Assembly (NCBI GenBank): GCA_963664325.2
Contig: CAXXDQ010000007.1
Location: 736,001-800,000 of the forward strand
Origin: Desulfomonilia bacterium
Lineage (GTDB): Bacteria > Desulfobacterota > Desulfomonilia > UBA1062
Length of the DNA stretch: 64,000 bases
Direction: 5' to 3'
The notes beneath the pieces are model-generated. The model saw only the letters and a program-made list of their open reading frames with translations. It searched no databases and had not been told where the DNA came from. Shown piece after piece: positions 42,304 to 52,209 of this stretch. Position numbers and translations under genes: made by a program. Positions within the stretch are counted from its first letter, which is position 1. Each line of letters begins with the position of its first letter.

Positions 42304-42808
42304 AACCCATCTCGATATAACTGTCATGCAGTTTGAATTTGCCTGAAAAGGGCTTTACTTCGAGTGTGTATATCTTGTCGCGGCTTCCCTGAAGATAGAT
42401 AAGGCTTTTTTCGATAATCCCGTCCGTGTTTACTTTGATCTCGGCCTTGCCTTTGTCTTTTTTGGGCTGATTCATGGTCTTGACACCTTTGATTTCAATC
42501 GTATCTGGAAGTTTGATTTTTCTTTCCAGTTCTGGTTCCGTTCCAGACTTTTCTGGCACAGGATAAAAACCGACGATTTTGTTGTCGATATCATACTGGA
42601 TATAGCAGGGTTTATGCTGGGTTATGGCATATGATTTTGCAGTAAGATATAAGTTTTCCATCAGCCTCTGGGCTTCATCGATGTCTGAATTTGTCAGACT
42701 GCTTACTATGCGTGGGGCTACATATCCAAGAACAATGCCGATGATCGCAATAACGATCATCAGTTCAAGAAGAGTAAACCCTTTACTGGGACTGTTGAGG
42801 CGTCTCAC
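42290..42808 (-). CDS. gspH: Minor pseudopilin H
   Basis: KG/FTLLELMIVIAIIG and terminal LEVKPFSG. Confidence 0.85.
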   Translation of the reverse strand: MRRLNSPSKGFTLLELMIVIAIIGIVLGYVAPRIVSSLTNSDIDEAQRLMENLYLTAKSYAITQHKPCYIQYDIDNKIVGFYPVPEKSGTEPELERKIKLPDTIEIKGVKTMNQPKKDKGKAEIKVNTDGIIEKSLIYLQGSRDKIYTLEVKPFSGKFKLHDSYIEMGYGKE

Positions 42809-43235
42809 TTTCCCAGTTCCCTATCATTTTGCCCTGATCTCCGCCCGGACCGTCTGGGCCGTAAGAGAATATATCAACACCGTTCGTATTATGGGTTCCG
42901 GGATTCATATATATGTAATCGTTGCCCCATGGGTCTTTGGGTACTCTCCCCTTTTCCAGATATCCGCCTTCTTTCCAGTTCTTGGGAATATCACCTACAG
43001 TAGGCTTTTCTACAAGGGACTTAAGCCCCTGTTCGGTTGAAGGATATTCAAAGTTCTCCAACCTGTACATTTTAAGGGCGTCCTCAAGCGTCTGTATCTG
43101 AATTTTCGCCTGGTTAATTCTTGCCTTCTCGGGTTCTCCCATGAAACGTGTAGCTACAAATGTGACGAGAATGCCAAGAATAGCTACAACTACAAGCAGT
43201 TCGATAAGTGTAAAACCTTTTTTGTCCATGCGCAT
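42783..43235 (-). CDS. gspG: Major pseudopilin G
   Basis: KG/FTLIELLVV, YPSTEQGL, PKDPWGNDY and SYGPDG..IGNW. Confidence 0.95.
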   Translation of the reverse strand: MRMDKKGFTLIELLVVVAILGILVTFVATRFMGEPEKARINQAKIQIQTLEDALKMYRLENFEYPSTEQGLKSLVEKPTVGDIPKNWKEGGYLEKGRVPKDPWGNDYIYMNPGTHNTNGVDIFSYGPDGPGGDQGKMIGNWESETPQQSQ

Positions 43236-43250
43236 TCTCTCCCCCTTATC

Positions 43251-44474
43251 TTACTTTACTGAAGAGCTCATTTCGATCATCGGGAACAGTATCGAGACAA
43301 TTATAAAACCGACAATTGCAGCCATGAAAATAATCATAACCGGCTCAATCACGGAAGTAAGACCGGCAACTGATGTCTCGATGTCGTCTTCATAGGCATC
43401 AGCAGCCTTGATCAGCATATCTTCCAGGGTTCCGCTCCGTTCCCCCACTTCCACCATGTGATGTACCATTGATGGAAAAATTCCTGACCTTTTAAGGGGT
43501 GCGGCAAGGCTTGAGCCTTCTATGATATCATCTATAGCCTCGCTCAGATGAGCTTCCATAACCTTGTTCTGTACAACTGTTTTGACAATCTTCATGGCTT
43601 CGACGATAGGAACGCCAGCAGTCAGAAGCGTCCCGAGTGTTCTTGCAAATCTGGCAACCGATACCTTGACAAATATTGCGCCGAAAACAGGCATGCGCAT
43701 TTTGAACTTGTCATACTTGAGCGCACCTGAATCAGTCATCTTCCACCTGTTTATCAGAAATACTCCGACCGCGAACAGGAGTATTATTATCCACCATGTC
43801 TTTCCCAGGAAGGAACTTATGGTAATAAGAATCCTTGTGGGAAGAGGCAATGTCTGATGCATGCTTTCAAACATCGAAATGACCTTGGGAACAATGGATG
43901 TCAGCAGAAAGAATACTATGGCGACTGCAACGAACAGCAGCAGTGCAGGATATATCATGGCCGACTGGACCTTTGCCATAAGCTTTCGCTGGCCTTCAAG
44001 AAAATCAGCCAGACGCGCAAGTACAATATCCAGTGCACCGCTGGCCTCTCCAGACCTGACCATATTTACATACAGATCGGGAAATATTTTTCTATGCTGC
44101 CCTAAAGCATCGGCGAATCCTGCACCTTCATTGACAGCATCCCTTACCTGGGCCATCGTCTTTTTAAGTGTGGGATTGTCTGTTTGATCATATAAAGCGC
44201 TCAGGGCTTCAACCAGCGGAACACTTGCACCAATAAGTGTTGAAAGCTGTCTGGTCATAATGGCGACATCCTCTTTCTTGACCTTGCCGAGGATATCTCG
44301 GATGTTTGCCGTACCGGTCTGTACAGTTCCGACCGGGGCCTCTTCGTTTATAGAACTTACGAAAATGCCCTTTGCCTTCAGCTTGACTTTTGCTTCTCTA
44401 AGGGATGCTCCATCGAGCATCCCTTTTTCGGTCTTTCCCTTCTCGGTATAACCTGTCCAGCTGTATAGAGGCAA
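43251..44474 (-). CDS. gspF: Type II secretion inner-membrane platform protein F
   Basis: TRQLSTLI..SVPL, GEASGALD, AMIYP, GERSGTL and IEP. Confidence 0.95.
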   Translation of the reverse strand: MPLYSWTGYTEKGKTEKGMLDGASLREAKVKLKAKGIFVSSINEEAPVGTVQTGTANIRDILGKVKKEDVAIMTRQLSTLIGASVPLVEALSALYDQTDNPTLKKTMAQVRDAVNEGAGFADALGQHRKIFPDLYVNMVRSGEASGALDIVLARLADFLEGQRKLMAKVQSAMIYPALLLFVAVAIVFFLLTSIVPKVISMFESMHQTLPLPTRILITISSFLGKTWWIIILLFAVGVFLINRWKMTDSGALKYDKFKMRMPVFGAIFVKVSVARFARTLGTLLTAGVPIVEAMKIVKTVVQNKVMEAHLSEAIDDIIEGSSLAAPLKRSGIFPSMVHHMVEVGERSGTLEDMLIKAADAYEDDIETSVAGLTSVIEPVMIIFMAAIVGFIIVSILFPMIEMSSSVK

Positions 44475-44483
44475 GACTGCTCC

Positions 44484-45506
44484 TTATTTTGCCGGTTTTG
44501 CCTGCGGAGCTGCTGCGCCCGGAGCCTGCTGTCCGGCCTTTGGTGCCGGAGCCGGCGCGCCAGGCATTCCTTCACCGGGTTCACCAGGAGCAGCCGGCGC
44601 CTTTTTGGCGGCTTCTTCCTTCGCCTTCTTGAAATATTCCTCGTTTATTGCAATCGGGAAATCTTTCTTAACCTGCTCTTTGAGCTTGTTTGTAACTTCC
44701 TCTCTCTTTTCCCTCTGCAGCTGTTTCTCAATCTGAGGCTTGATATCTTTAAGGTCCTTTTCTTTCTTGGCCTCGATATCGTCGCAGATTATAATATGAT
44801 AACCGAAAGAGGATTTCACGATCCCGCTCATCTGTCCCTTCTTGAGAGCAAATGCGGCCTTTTCGAACGCCGGGTCCATTCTGCCTTGTGTCACCCATCC
44901 AAGGTCTCCGCCTCTAGGTGCCGAAGGACATTTTGACTTTTCCTTTGCAAGTTTGGAGAAGTCGGCGCCACCTTTTAACTGGGCAAGGATGGCCTTTGCC
45001 TCAGGTTCCGTATTGACAAGGATATGCCTTACCTTAACCCTCGGCCCCTGTGCAAATTTATCCTTGTTGTCGTTATAATACTTGGTTATGTCGGCATCGC
45101 TGATCTTTATATTCTCCACCGCCGATTCCTCAAGGTCCCGCGCCAGTATCTGGTCTCCGATATACTCCAGCTTCAGTTTCGTGGCAGGCTTCTTGTCTAT
45201 GCCTTTCTTCTTCGCTTCCATTGCCATCATTTTGACTTCAGCCATCTTCTCGATGATCTCCCTCTTCGCCTCAGGCGTCGCATAACGCGCACGGTACGGC
45301 TCGGGAATCTGTGACAAAATCGCATCCAAATCGGAATCCTTGATCTCTGTTGTCCCAATTTTAGCAATCACATTTGGGCTGCTAAACTTAACTTCCTGTT
45401 TTTCCCCTGGTTTTCCACCCTCAGTACCTTTTGAACAGCCGACTGCAGCCAAACCCAATACAACCAGTAAGATTATTAACCTTTTCACTATGTTCTCCTT
45501 TCGCAT
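44484..45506 (-). CDS. PrsA/PpiC-type peptidyl-prolyl isomerase lipoprotein
   Basis: LAAVGC lipobox, RHILV, FSKLAKEKS, GGDLG and SFGYHII; Pro/Ala-rich tail. Confidence 0.92.
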   Translation of the reverse strand: MRKENIVKRLIILLVVLGLAAVGCSKGTEGGKPGEKQEVKFSSPNVIAKIGTTEIKDSDLDAILSQIPEPYRARYATPEAKREIIEKMAEVKMMAMEAKKKGIDKKPATKLKLEYIGDQILARDLEESAVENIKISDADITKYYNDNKDKFAQGPRVKVRHILVNTEPEAKAILAQLKGGADFSKLAKEKSKCPSAPRGGDLGWVTQGRMDPAFEKAAFALKKGQMSGIVKSSFGYHIIICDDIEAKKEKDLKDIKPQIEKQLQREKREEVTNKLKEQVKKDFPIAINEEYFKKAKEEAAKKAPAAPGEPGEGMPGAPAPAPKAGQQAPGAAAPQAKPAK

Positions 45507-45650
45507 CTTTCTTATAATTTCAGGTTAAGCTTAAAGCCCTTCCTTTAGTATCATATTATTAAAACTGCGCAGACGATAGCATCAATGAGTTCCCATGTCA
45601 CTAGTGATTATAGAATATTAGCCTGTATTAATCCTGTCGCATCCGGTTCT

Positions 45651-46292
45651 TCATTCCCCTCTTCTGGATATGATTGCAATCAGGATACCCCCTGTAACAA
45701 TTACTTCGGCAGAATCATTTTTAACCACATTGCTGATGCCGACAGGGAAACTCATATCCATATCGATATTATCGATCTCATACTCAAATCCCTTCAGTGT
45801 TATCCCGGCTGCGGAATACCCAAGCGGAAGGAAAGAGATGAGTGAACCGGTTTCATTAATAATTGCGCATTTATTTTCTATCAGGAATATTTCATGTATT
45901 CCGGAAATAATTTTTGACTTAACACCCTTTCTCAAAGCCCTGTAGAGAAGATAGACATTCGCCAGGCTATGATCAAAACGCGAACCGATTCCCGAGACTA
46001 TTTCAATTTCGCAGGCACCCTTTTCAAGAGCCATATCTACAGCGATCTGGGTATCTGTCATATCCTTTCTGCAATCGAACCTGCGGATTTCTATATTATG
46101 TGAAACAAGTTCATCCTGAATTTCTGCCGGCAAGGAGTCCAAGTCGCCGACAACCATATCCGGCAGGATACCCGCCTTCAGACAATAATCAGCACCTCTG
46201 TCCGCTGCAATAACCATAGACGAGGAAGCGGCTTTTTCTTTCAACAAGGCTTTTTCAGGCCTTTCCCCGCCTGTTACGATCAGAACCTTCAT
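45651..46292 (-). CDS. thiN: Thiamine diphosphokinase
   Basis: AADRGA, VGDLDS, KDMTD and GSRFDH. Confidence 0.9.
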   Translation of the reverse strand: MKVLIVTGGERPEKALLKEKAASSSMVIAADRGADYCLKAGILPDMVVGDLDSLPAEIQDELVSHNIEIRRFDCRKDMTDTQIAVDMALEKGACEIEIVSGIGSRFDHSLANVYLLYRALRKGVKSKIISGIHEIFLIENKCAIINETGSLISFLPLGYSAAGITLKGFEYEIDNIDMDMSFPVGISNVVKNDSAEVIVTGGILIAIISRRGE

Positions 46293-46295
46293 TTT

Positions 46296-46847
46296 TTATT
46301 TTGGAAAAACATCTCCTATTTCGCTCATCAAAGGCAGAAGCCTGTCCTTATCAGACAAAAGTATGTTTTCAAACGGCCATTTTATATCCAACACCGGGTC
46401 GTTCCATATTATACCGCTTTCAGCCTGAGGTGCATAAAATTCATCAACCTTATAATGCACGACACTTTCGGCTTCAAGTGTGCAGAAGGCGTGTGCAAAC
46501 CCCTTTGGAACCAGCAGCATTTTCATGTTATCTGAAGAAAGTTCAATACCAATCCATTTTCCGCATGTGGCGGAAGACTTTCTCAGATCGACAATTACAT
46601 CATAAACACTTCCTCTGAGGGTGCGTACCAGTTTAGTCTGGGAATACGGAGGTTTTTGAAAATGAAAACCTCTCAATACGCCCCTTTCCTTGGAAAACGA
46701 GTGGTTGTCCTGCACAAAATCAATTCTGAATCCGTTTTCCTCAAAAGCCCTTCTGTTGTACGTTTCGGTAAAGAAACCGCGCTGGTCTCTGAATATTTCA
46801 GGTTCAATCACAAATGCATCTTTAAGTGGTATCTCAGTGAATTTCAT
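46296..46847 (-). CDS. rfbC: dTDP-4-dehydrorhamnose 3,5-epimerase
   Basis: DQRGFF, FVQDNHS, GVLRGFHFQ and VPKGFAHAF. Confidence 0.95.
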   Translation of the reverse strand: MKFTEIPLKDAFVIEPEIFRDQRGFFTETYNRRAFEENGFRIDFVQDNHSFSKERGVLRGFHFQKPPYSQTKLVRTLRGSVYDVIVDLRKSSATCGKWIGIELSSDNMKMLLVPKGFAHAFCTLEAESVVHYKVDEFYAPQAESGIIWNDPVLDIKWPFENILLSDKDRLLPLMSEIGDVFPK

Positions 46848-46896
46848 GAACTCCAGATATATCTCAACGTCTCGGAATTGGCAAGAAATTGCCTTT

Positions 46897-47472
46897 TCAA
46901 GAATGTATCTTCTTTAAAAGCCATGCCATATTTTCGCCAAGCGTCTTCATGATGGCAATCCCTTCTTCATCTGACTCAACGGTTCCGGGTTCCCTTCCCA
47001 TACCCATATTCCAATAGCTTGAGCCGGGTACAACCATCTGGTTTATGAAGAAAAAGTGGTTGATAGTATCGAATACATGCACTGCACCTGCCCGCCTTAC
47101 CGCTATGACAGCCGCCCCGACCTTGCGCCTGAACATATCGGCGTTCTGCTTTGCAACCATGCCAGCACGATCGATCAGGGCCTTCATCTCTGCCGTCACA
47201 TCAGTGAAGTAGGTAGGTGAAGCCAGTATTATCCCTTCTGAATCGAGAATCTTCTCAATATAACTGTTTAGAGGATCATCTTTCACGGCACATTTTCTGT
47301 CCAGGTTCTCGCCGCATTTAAAGCATGCCGTACAACCTCTCATTTTAACGCCTGCAAGCTGAATCAGCTCGGTCTTAATGCCGGCTTTTTCAAGCTCGCT
47401 GAAAACATGTCCGATTAATACTGCCGTATTGCCGTTTTTGCGGGGGCTTCCGTTTATCGCGATTACTTTCAT
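46897..47472 (-). CDS. Iron-sulfur flavoprotein / flavodoxin-family protein
   Basis: NGSPRKNGNT, compact CxxCxxCx7C and ASPTYF. Confidence 0.9.
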   Translation of the reverse strand: MKVIAINGSPRKNGNTAVLIGHVFSELEKAGIKTELIQLAGVKMRGCTACFKCGENLDRKCAVKDDPLNSYIEKILDSEGIILASPTYFTDVTAEMKALIDRAGMVAKQNADMFRRKVGAAVIAVRRAGAVHVFDTINHFFFINQMVVPGSSYWNMGMGREPGTVESDEEGIAIMKTLGENMAWLLKKIHS

Positions 47473-47635
47473 TGTTACTCCTTTGTTTTAAAGAATAATT
47501 AAATCATTACCACATTGTTTGAACATGCAAAACCAATGACCTGAAATGGGTTGCCGAATACCGGTTTTCTGTTTTTAAAAGGTATGCTAATCTGTTGTCT
47601 ATTAAAAAAATAAAATTTGATATGGGGAGAATAAA

Positions 47636-48793
47636 ATGAAACACCTTCAACATGGGGCAAGAAATCCGTTTTTTTCCATCATTTTATCATTTTCAGTTTT
47701 ATTCCTCAGCGGGTGTCCCGAGGCTACGATTACAAAAGACCCTTACCTTCAGAATGTTACTACCGGCGGAATGACCATCTGCTGGGAAACAGCATCCGCC
47801 TGCCTGGGGTCTGTCAATTACTCTGTTTCCGGCTCCATGCAGGCAGAAACTTTCACTGCAGTGGAAAATATACCGCAGACTTTCCATGCAATAAGGCTCA
47901 AAAATCTGTCGACAGAAACCTATTATGATTATCAGATAATCAATAAAGTGGAATCCGGCCTGTTTAAAAAATGGGTTGATATTCCGGGACCTTCGTCAAC
48001 ATTCAGGACAGCTCCATATACTGGAACTCCTTTCAGTTTTACGGTCTGGGGAGATTCTCAGGATAATCCGGATATTTTCGGTAAGCTTATCAACCTGATG
48101 GGAGATTATAATCCCGACATAGCAGTCGGTGTAGGTGACCTGGTGTCAGACGGATGGGAGCTTTCTGAATGGGACCTGAAACATTTCGGACCCATGAAAG
48201 ATTTTCGCAAAAGGATCCCTGTGTTCTCCGCAATCGGTAACCATGAGAATGAATCAATTTACTTTTACAAGTATTTTTCTCAGCCCGGCAATGACCACTG
48301 GTTTTCATTCACTTACGGTAACAGCATATTCTTAGTGCTGGATTCAGTAATATTCTTTCCATACAGCCCTCAGCACCTGTGGTTTCTCAATACCGTCAAG
48401 TCTGATGAATTCAGGAATGCCGCACATAAATTCGTATTCTTCCATTATCCTCCATATACGGAACTCTGGAACAGCCATTATTATGACGGAGACCAGCTCA
48501 CAAGGGATTACCTGGTGCCGGTTATCGAAAAATCGGGTGTCGATATCGTGTTCAGCGGGCATACACACGCATATGAACGCGGCAGATGGCCCCAGGACGG
48601 TGAACCTTTCACTTATTATGTTGTAACAGGCGGGGGCGGAGGAGGTCTTGATACCGAGGCATGGAAAGACTGGCCTCAGATTGAAATCAACGTATCGCAG
48701 CACCATTTCGTGATCATCGACGTTGACGGCGAGCATTTGAGCGGAAACGCTGTTAACTTAGACGGTGAAATCATAGACAGTTTCAGCAAGTAA
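47636..48793 (+). CDS. Exported FN3 + calcineurin-like metallophosphoesterase (purple-acid-phosphatase architecture), probable lipoprotein
   Basis: LFLSGC lipobox, PYLQ, GDSQ, GDLV, GNHE and GHTHAYER. Confidence 0.88.
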   Translation: MKHLQHGARNPFFSIILSFSVLFLSGCPEATITKDPYLQNVTTGGMTICWETASACLGSVNYSVSGSMQAETFTAVENIPQTFHAIRLKNLSTETYYDYQIINKVESGLFKKWVDIPGPSSTFRTAPYTGTPFSFTVWGDSQDNPDIFGKLINLMGDYNPDIAVGVGDLVSDGWELSEWDLKHFGPMKDFRKRIPVFSAIGNHENESIYFYKYFSQPGNDHWFSFTYGNSIFLVLDSVIFFPYSPQHLWFLNTVKSDEFRNAAHKFVFFHYPPYTELWNSHYYDGDQLTRDYLVPVIEKSGVDIVFSGHTHAYERGRWPQDGEPFTYYVVTGGGGGGLDTEAWKDWPQIEINVSQHHFVIIDVDGEHLSGNAVNLDGEIIDSFSK

Positions 48794-48795
48794 TT

Positions 48796-48838
48796 ATCAA
48801 AAAGTCTCTGGCGTAATTAAAGACAGGGACTTTTTGAT
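48796..48838. terminator. Bidirectional intrinsic terminator
   Basis: ATCAAAAAGTCTCTG-N13-CAGGGACTTTTTGAT between convergent genes. Confidence 0.75.
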
Positions 48839-48858
48839 TTTCCTTGTTCTCTAATAAC

Positions 48859-49359
48859 TCAGAAAACAACCTCTGCGGCATAAATCTCTTCTTTGCGAGG
48901 AATGCCCGCCTCGATTCTTTTCTTTGCGCTGATTCTTTCAAGCAGTTTACCGACATTGCCCATCGAGGTAAGCATCATTGATGCCTCATTATCATTCATA
49001 AGTTCAAGACTAGCTGTAAATAAATGATAATGATGGGCCTGGACCTGTTTTATAACCTTTGCGCCTTCAGGCGTCAGGCTTAAATGTGTATTGCGTTTGT
49101 CAATCTCGTCTTTAGCTTTGGCAACAAGACCTTTTTCAGTCATCAGCGCAAGAAGTCTCGAAACAGCGAAGAGCGGCATGTTCAATTCATTTGCCAGATC
49201 GCTTACTCTGCACGGAGAATGCTTTGTAAGGTATTTGAGTGCATGTATGTCGCGCCATGAGAGACCGAATCTCTCCATATCATGGTTTTCCAGTTTGTGG
49301 ACTTCCTTTAGAAGTCTAAACACAATTTCATCAAGAATTTCACTGGTAACCTTATTCAT
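48859..49359 (-). CDS. MarR-family transcriptional regulator
   Basis: VSDLANEL..AVSRLL..KGLV..DKR..LTPEG winged-helix pattern. Confidence 0.9.
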   Translation of the reverse strand: MNKVTSEILDEIVFRLLKEVHKLENHDMERFGLSWRDIHALKYLTKHSPCRVSDLANELNMPLFAVSRLLALMTEKGLVAKAKDEIDKRNTHLSLTPEGAKVIKQVQAHHYHLFTASLELMNDNEASMMLTSMGNVGKLLERISAKKRIEAGIPRKEEIYAAEVVF

Positions 49360-49396
49360 AATTCTTTCCTCCTCATATGAATCACAATTTCAAGAA

Positions 49397-49428
49397 TTTA
49401 TATCATACATAATTGCATTTTGCAACTA
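49397..49428 (-). promoter_or_regulatory. Sigma70 promoter of the marR gene overlapped by a palindromic operator
   Basis: Minus strand TTGCAA-N17-TATAAA with an extended -10 TG. The palindrome TAATTGCA-TTT-TGCAACTA (49410-49428) covers the -35. Confidence 0.6.
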
Positions 49429-49680
49429 CTAAGATCATACCGAAGGAATATCTTAAATAAATCTTTTCCGGTTACAACTTTTAACCAGCCTGAACCCAAT
49501 AGGAATAAATAGTATCATTGGGCACTATTTAGAAACAGACATTAATACAGTGTCTGAAATCTTTATGAAATACATGTCGAAAAGGTAGGTTTTCCATGAA
49601 AAGACTTTCCATGTCAATCAGCATGCCATTTCAAGGGATTTATTCAAAGTTTCCCCCGGAGTGCATGCCCAAGCAATTCC

Positions 49681-50841
49681 TTATTCACTCATCCACTTCT
49701 TTATCGCCTTCATCTTTTCCTGCCATGTTCTGGAGAACCTTTCAGTCAGGAATGCCCCAAAAAAACTGTCAAAGAGCTGAAACCCGGATTCCATAAGACT
49801 CATGCGTTCCAGAAATGCAGCCTCACGTTCTGCAGCAGGATCGTCAATGAGCTCACCCTTCTCAATCTTTACCGGAGGCGATTTATAGGATGAAAAAACG
49901 AAGGTGTCGCTTTTCAAATTAAGGCTCCAGCTCAAGTCACCCTTTTCAAAATAGATTGCCGCTTCACAGATATTTTTCCCGGCTGAAAGCGCCTTTTTAG
50001 CCTCTCCGAAGTCCTGCTGCGGACCAATTATCCTGCTTTTACGCACACCCTTTTCAGGCTCTCCTGCAAGCAGGAATGAATCGTGCAGATAGGCGACAAA
50101 TACTTCTCCTTTGTTGAATGTTCCTTTTGCAGAGACTCTGTATTCTCCCTGGGAGATGCTTGTGGAATGAATGGCCCAAAGCAGGAATTCATGCCCAAGC
50201 CATCTGTTTTTATTTATCTGCTGTAGCACATCCTTTGTGGAGGCTTTGTCTTCGTGTGCCAATGCTGCCAACAAACTCTCGTCAATATTAAGTTCCGCCC
50301 GGGCCATAGGATAAATTGATATTAATTTAAAACCATCAAAAGTCTGCATAAACTTGTCTTCCACAAGTTCAAGGGTCTTCGAGCTTACGGAAGCAATTGA
50401 AACCGTCGAAGTTTCAATGTTCCAGATAATGTCACACACGGAGGGCACAGGCAGTGATTTTGTTACAAGACTTGCCACAAGATTATCCCTGATCTCAGCT
50501 TTGCGTTTTGAAGGCATTTTTCTTATATCCGGATGTTCAGCCATCCATTTACCGCATTCCAGATCAAGCCTGCTCTTTATTACCGCAGAGGGAACGCTTC
50601 TTTTGTCCTTCCTCAGTGAAAGCCCTATATAACTGCCGACCTTGGGAGACCCGAGACTAAAAGAACTGTCATTGTAATCAAAAAGACTGACCCAGCCTGC
50701 CGACTCCTCATCAGGCAGATTATCGATCGGTGAAAACCTGTTCCTGTAAAGGCAATCGGCCAGCCATGTATCAATATCCGAAGGAGGTTCACCTTTAACC
50801 CTGTACTGGGATATGCTTACGGTATTCGATAATATGCCCAT
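49681..50841 (-). CDS. RdgC-like (recombination-associated) protein of deltaproteobacterial type
   Basis: MGILSNTVS..YRV, EESAGWV, LR.D.RSVP, then WLGHEFLLW and EAKKALSAGK. Recognised from memory of this family. Confidence 0.6.
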   Translation of the reverse strand: MGILSNTVSISQYRVKGEPPSDIDTWLADCLYRNRFSPIDNLPDEESAGWVSLFDYNDSSFSLGSPKVGSYIGLSLRKDKRSVPSAVIKSRLDLECGKWMAEHPDIRKMPSKRKAEIRDNLVASLVTKSLPVPSVCDIIWNIETSTVSIASVSSKTLELVEDKFMQTFDGFKLISIYPMARAELNIDESLLAALAHEDKASTKDVLQQINKNRWLGHEFLLWAIHSTSISQGEYRVSAKGTFNKGEVFVAYLHDSFLLAGEPEKGVRKSRIIGPQQDFGEAKKALSAGKNICEAAIYFEKGDLSWSLNLKSDTFVFSSYKSPPVKIEKGELIDDPAAEREAAFLERMSLMESGFQLFDSFFGAFLTERFSRTWQEKMKAIKKWMSE

Positions 50842-50914
50842 TTTTTTCCTTTCTTATTTTTTAGGTGGAGTCTGATGAAAATGTATTCAAAACAGACCGG
50901 TTAAATATTTTTTA

Positions 50915-51972
50915 TCACACGGAATTTCTTTTGGCTATATCAGGTATCTCATTTTTGCTTAATGACATCCCGTCCCTGTACACCTCGACAAAGGCCAGTG
51001 CCAGTGCGAGAACAAGAGGCCCGACAATTATACCGGGAATTCCCCAAAAACTAACCCCCCCGAGTACGGAAAACAATATCCATATAGGGCTGATTTTCTC
51101 TGAACCCTTCATGAAGTAAGGGCCGAGGATATTGTCACAGACGCCTATAACTGCAACTCCATAACAGGCAATGAATAGCGCAGGTTTTATTCCCGAAGTC
51201 AGCAGCAGGACGACAGCAGCAGATGTCCACACGGTAAGCGAGCCGATTACAGGGATAAGTATTCCGATGGCAACAGCAAGGCACCAGAGCGCAACCGGAA
51301 GGCCCGTAAAATAAAACCCCGGACATGATATGCACGCAACAGCCAGTGAATTCAGCAGCATCCCTCTTACAACAGACCTGCTGACACTGCCAAGCCTCAC
51401 AATGATCTTTACTGTCTGGTATTCAGGCATGGGAACCGTTCTGATCAAAAAAACCTTTCATGGCTGCCCCGTCCCGTAAAAAACAGAACATGGACATCAG
51501 GAATACAATAATGCCTGCTGCGATTTTTATCGTATTACCCATAACGCTTGCACTGAATCCTATTATAAACGACTCGATTTGAGCGACCTGACTCACGACC
51601 TGCCGCCTTATTGACTCTTCAGACAGGTGCAGATAATTATCGGTATAGTAGAACATCTTTTTTATCCCGGCAGGCGGATTGTCAAGATAACGGGGAATAT
51701 TATCCATCCAGACCGAAGCCTCGCTGATCACGAATGTGCCTATAATCACTAATGGTACAAGTACAACCGTTATAAACAACAATACTACTGATAGTGAGGC
51801 GGCTGAAGAACTGCCTTTGAAAATCTGGAGAACCCTTTTATATAATGGATACAGAACTGAGGCAAACGCCATCGCCAGAACAATTATGCTAAGATAAGGC
51901 AAGAGCAGAAATAAAAAGCAAAAATATCGACAGAAACAGGACAGAAAAGAAAAACGGTATTTTCTGTTTCAA
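50915..51972 (-). pseudogene. AI-2E family transporter broken by frameshifts
   Basis: Two overlapping ORFs are joined by removing one T from a T7 run (A7 at 51447-51453). A second shift near 51920 separates LKQKIPFFFSVLFLSIF from FLFLLLPYL. Motifs FLRDG, IPVIG, DNILGP and GIPGIIVGP. Confidence 0.82.
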
Positions 51973-52209
51973 TCCAGCACCATTAGATATCCTGGAAAGG
52001 AAACGGCAGGAAGACTCTTACTGCATTAATATCTGCCATATTGCCACCTTGTATGCCTCTTGAAATATTTTGATGGTTTTTAGCTTATACCGCTTGCTGC
52101 AACACTCATCGACTGATGAGACCCGTTAAACATTGACAAACTGAATAATCTCCTTTTTTTATAAACCGTCTTGCTTGCCGCATACACCTTTATAACACAC
52201 TTTGCTGTT

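Noticed and set aside
45130-45350. G-ending codon run in the PPIase gene resembling the tuf signature
   Set aside because: Short and mixed with A- and C-ending codons; cannot be distinguished from noise by eye.
49613-49628. Sigma54-like promoter TGGCATG-N4-TTGA on the minus strand
   Set aside because: The -12 GC is not matched, and a better sigma70 promoter lies next to the marR gene.
52105-52150. CTGATGAG hammerhead-ribozyme core
   Set aside because: No stem II followed by GAAA; the motif is one arm of a small CTCATC/GATGAG hairpin.
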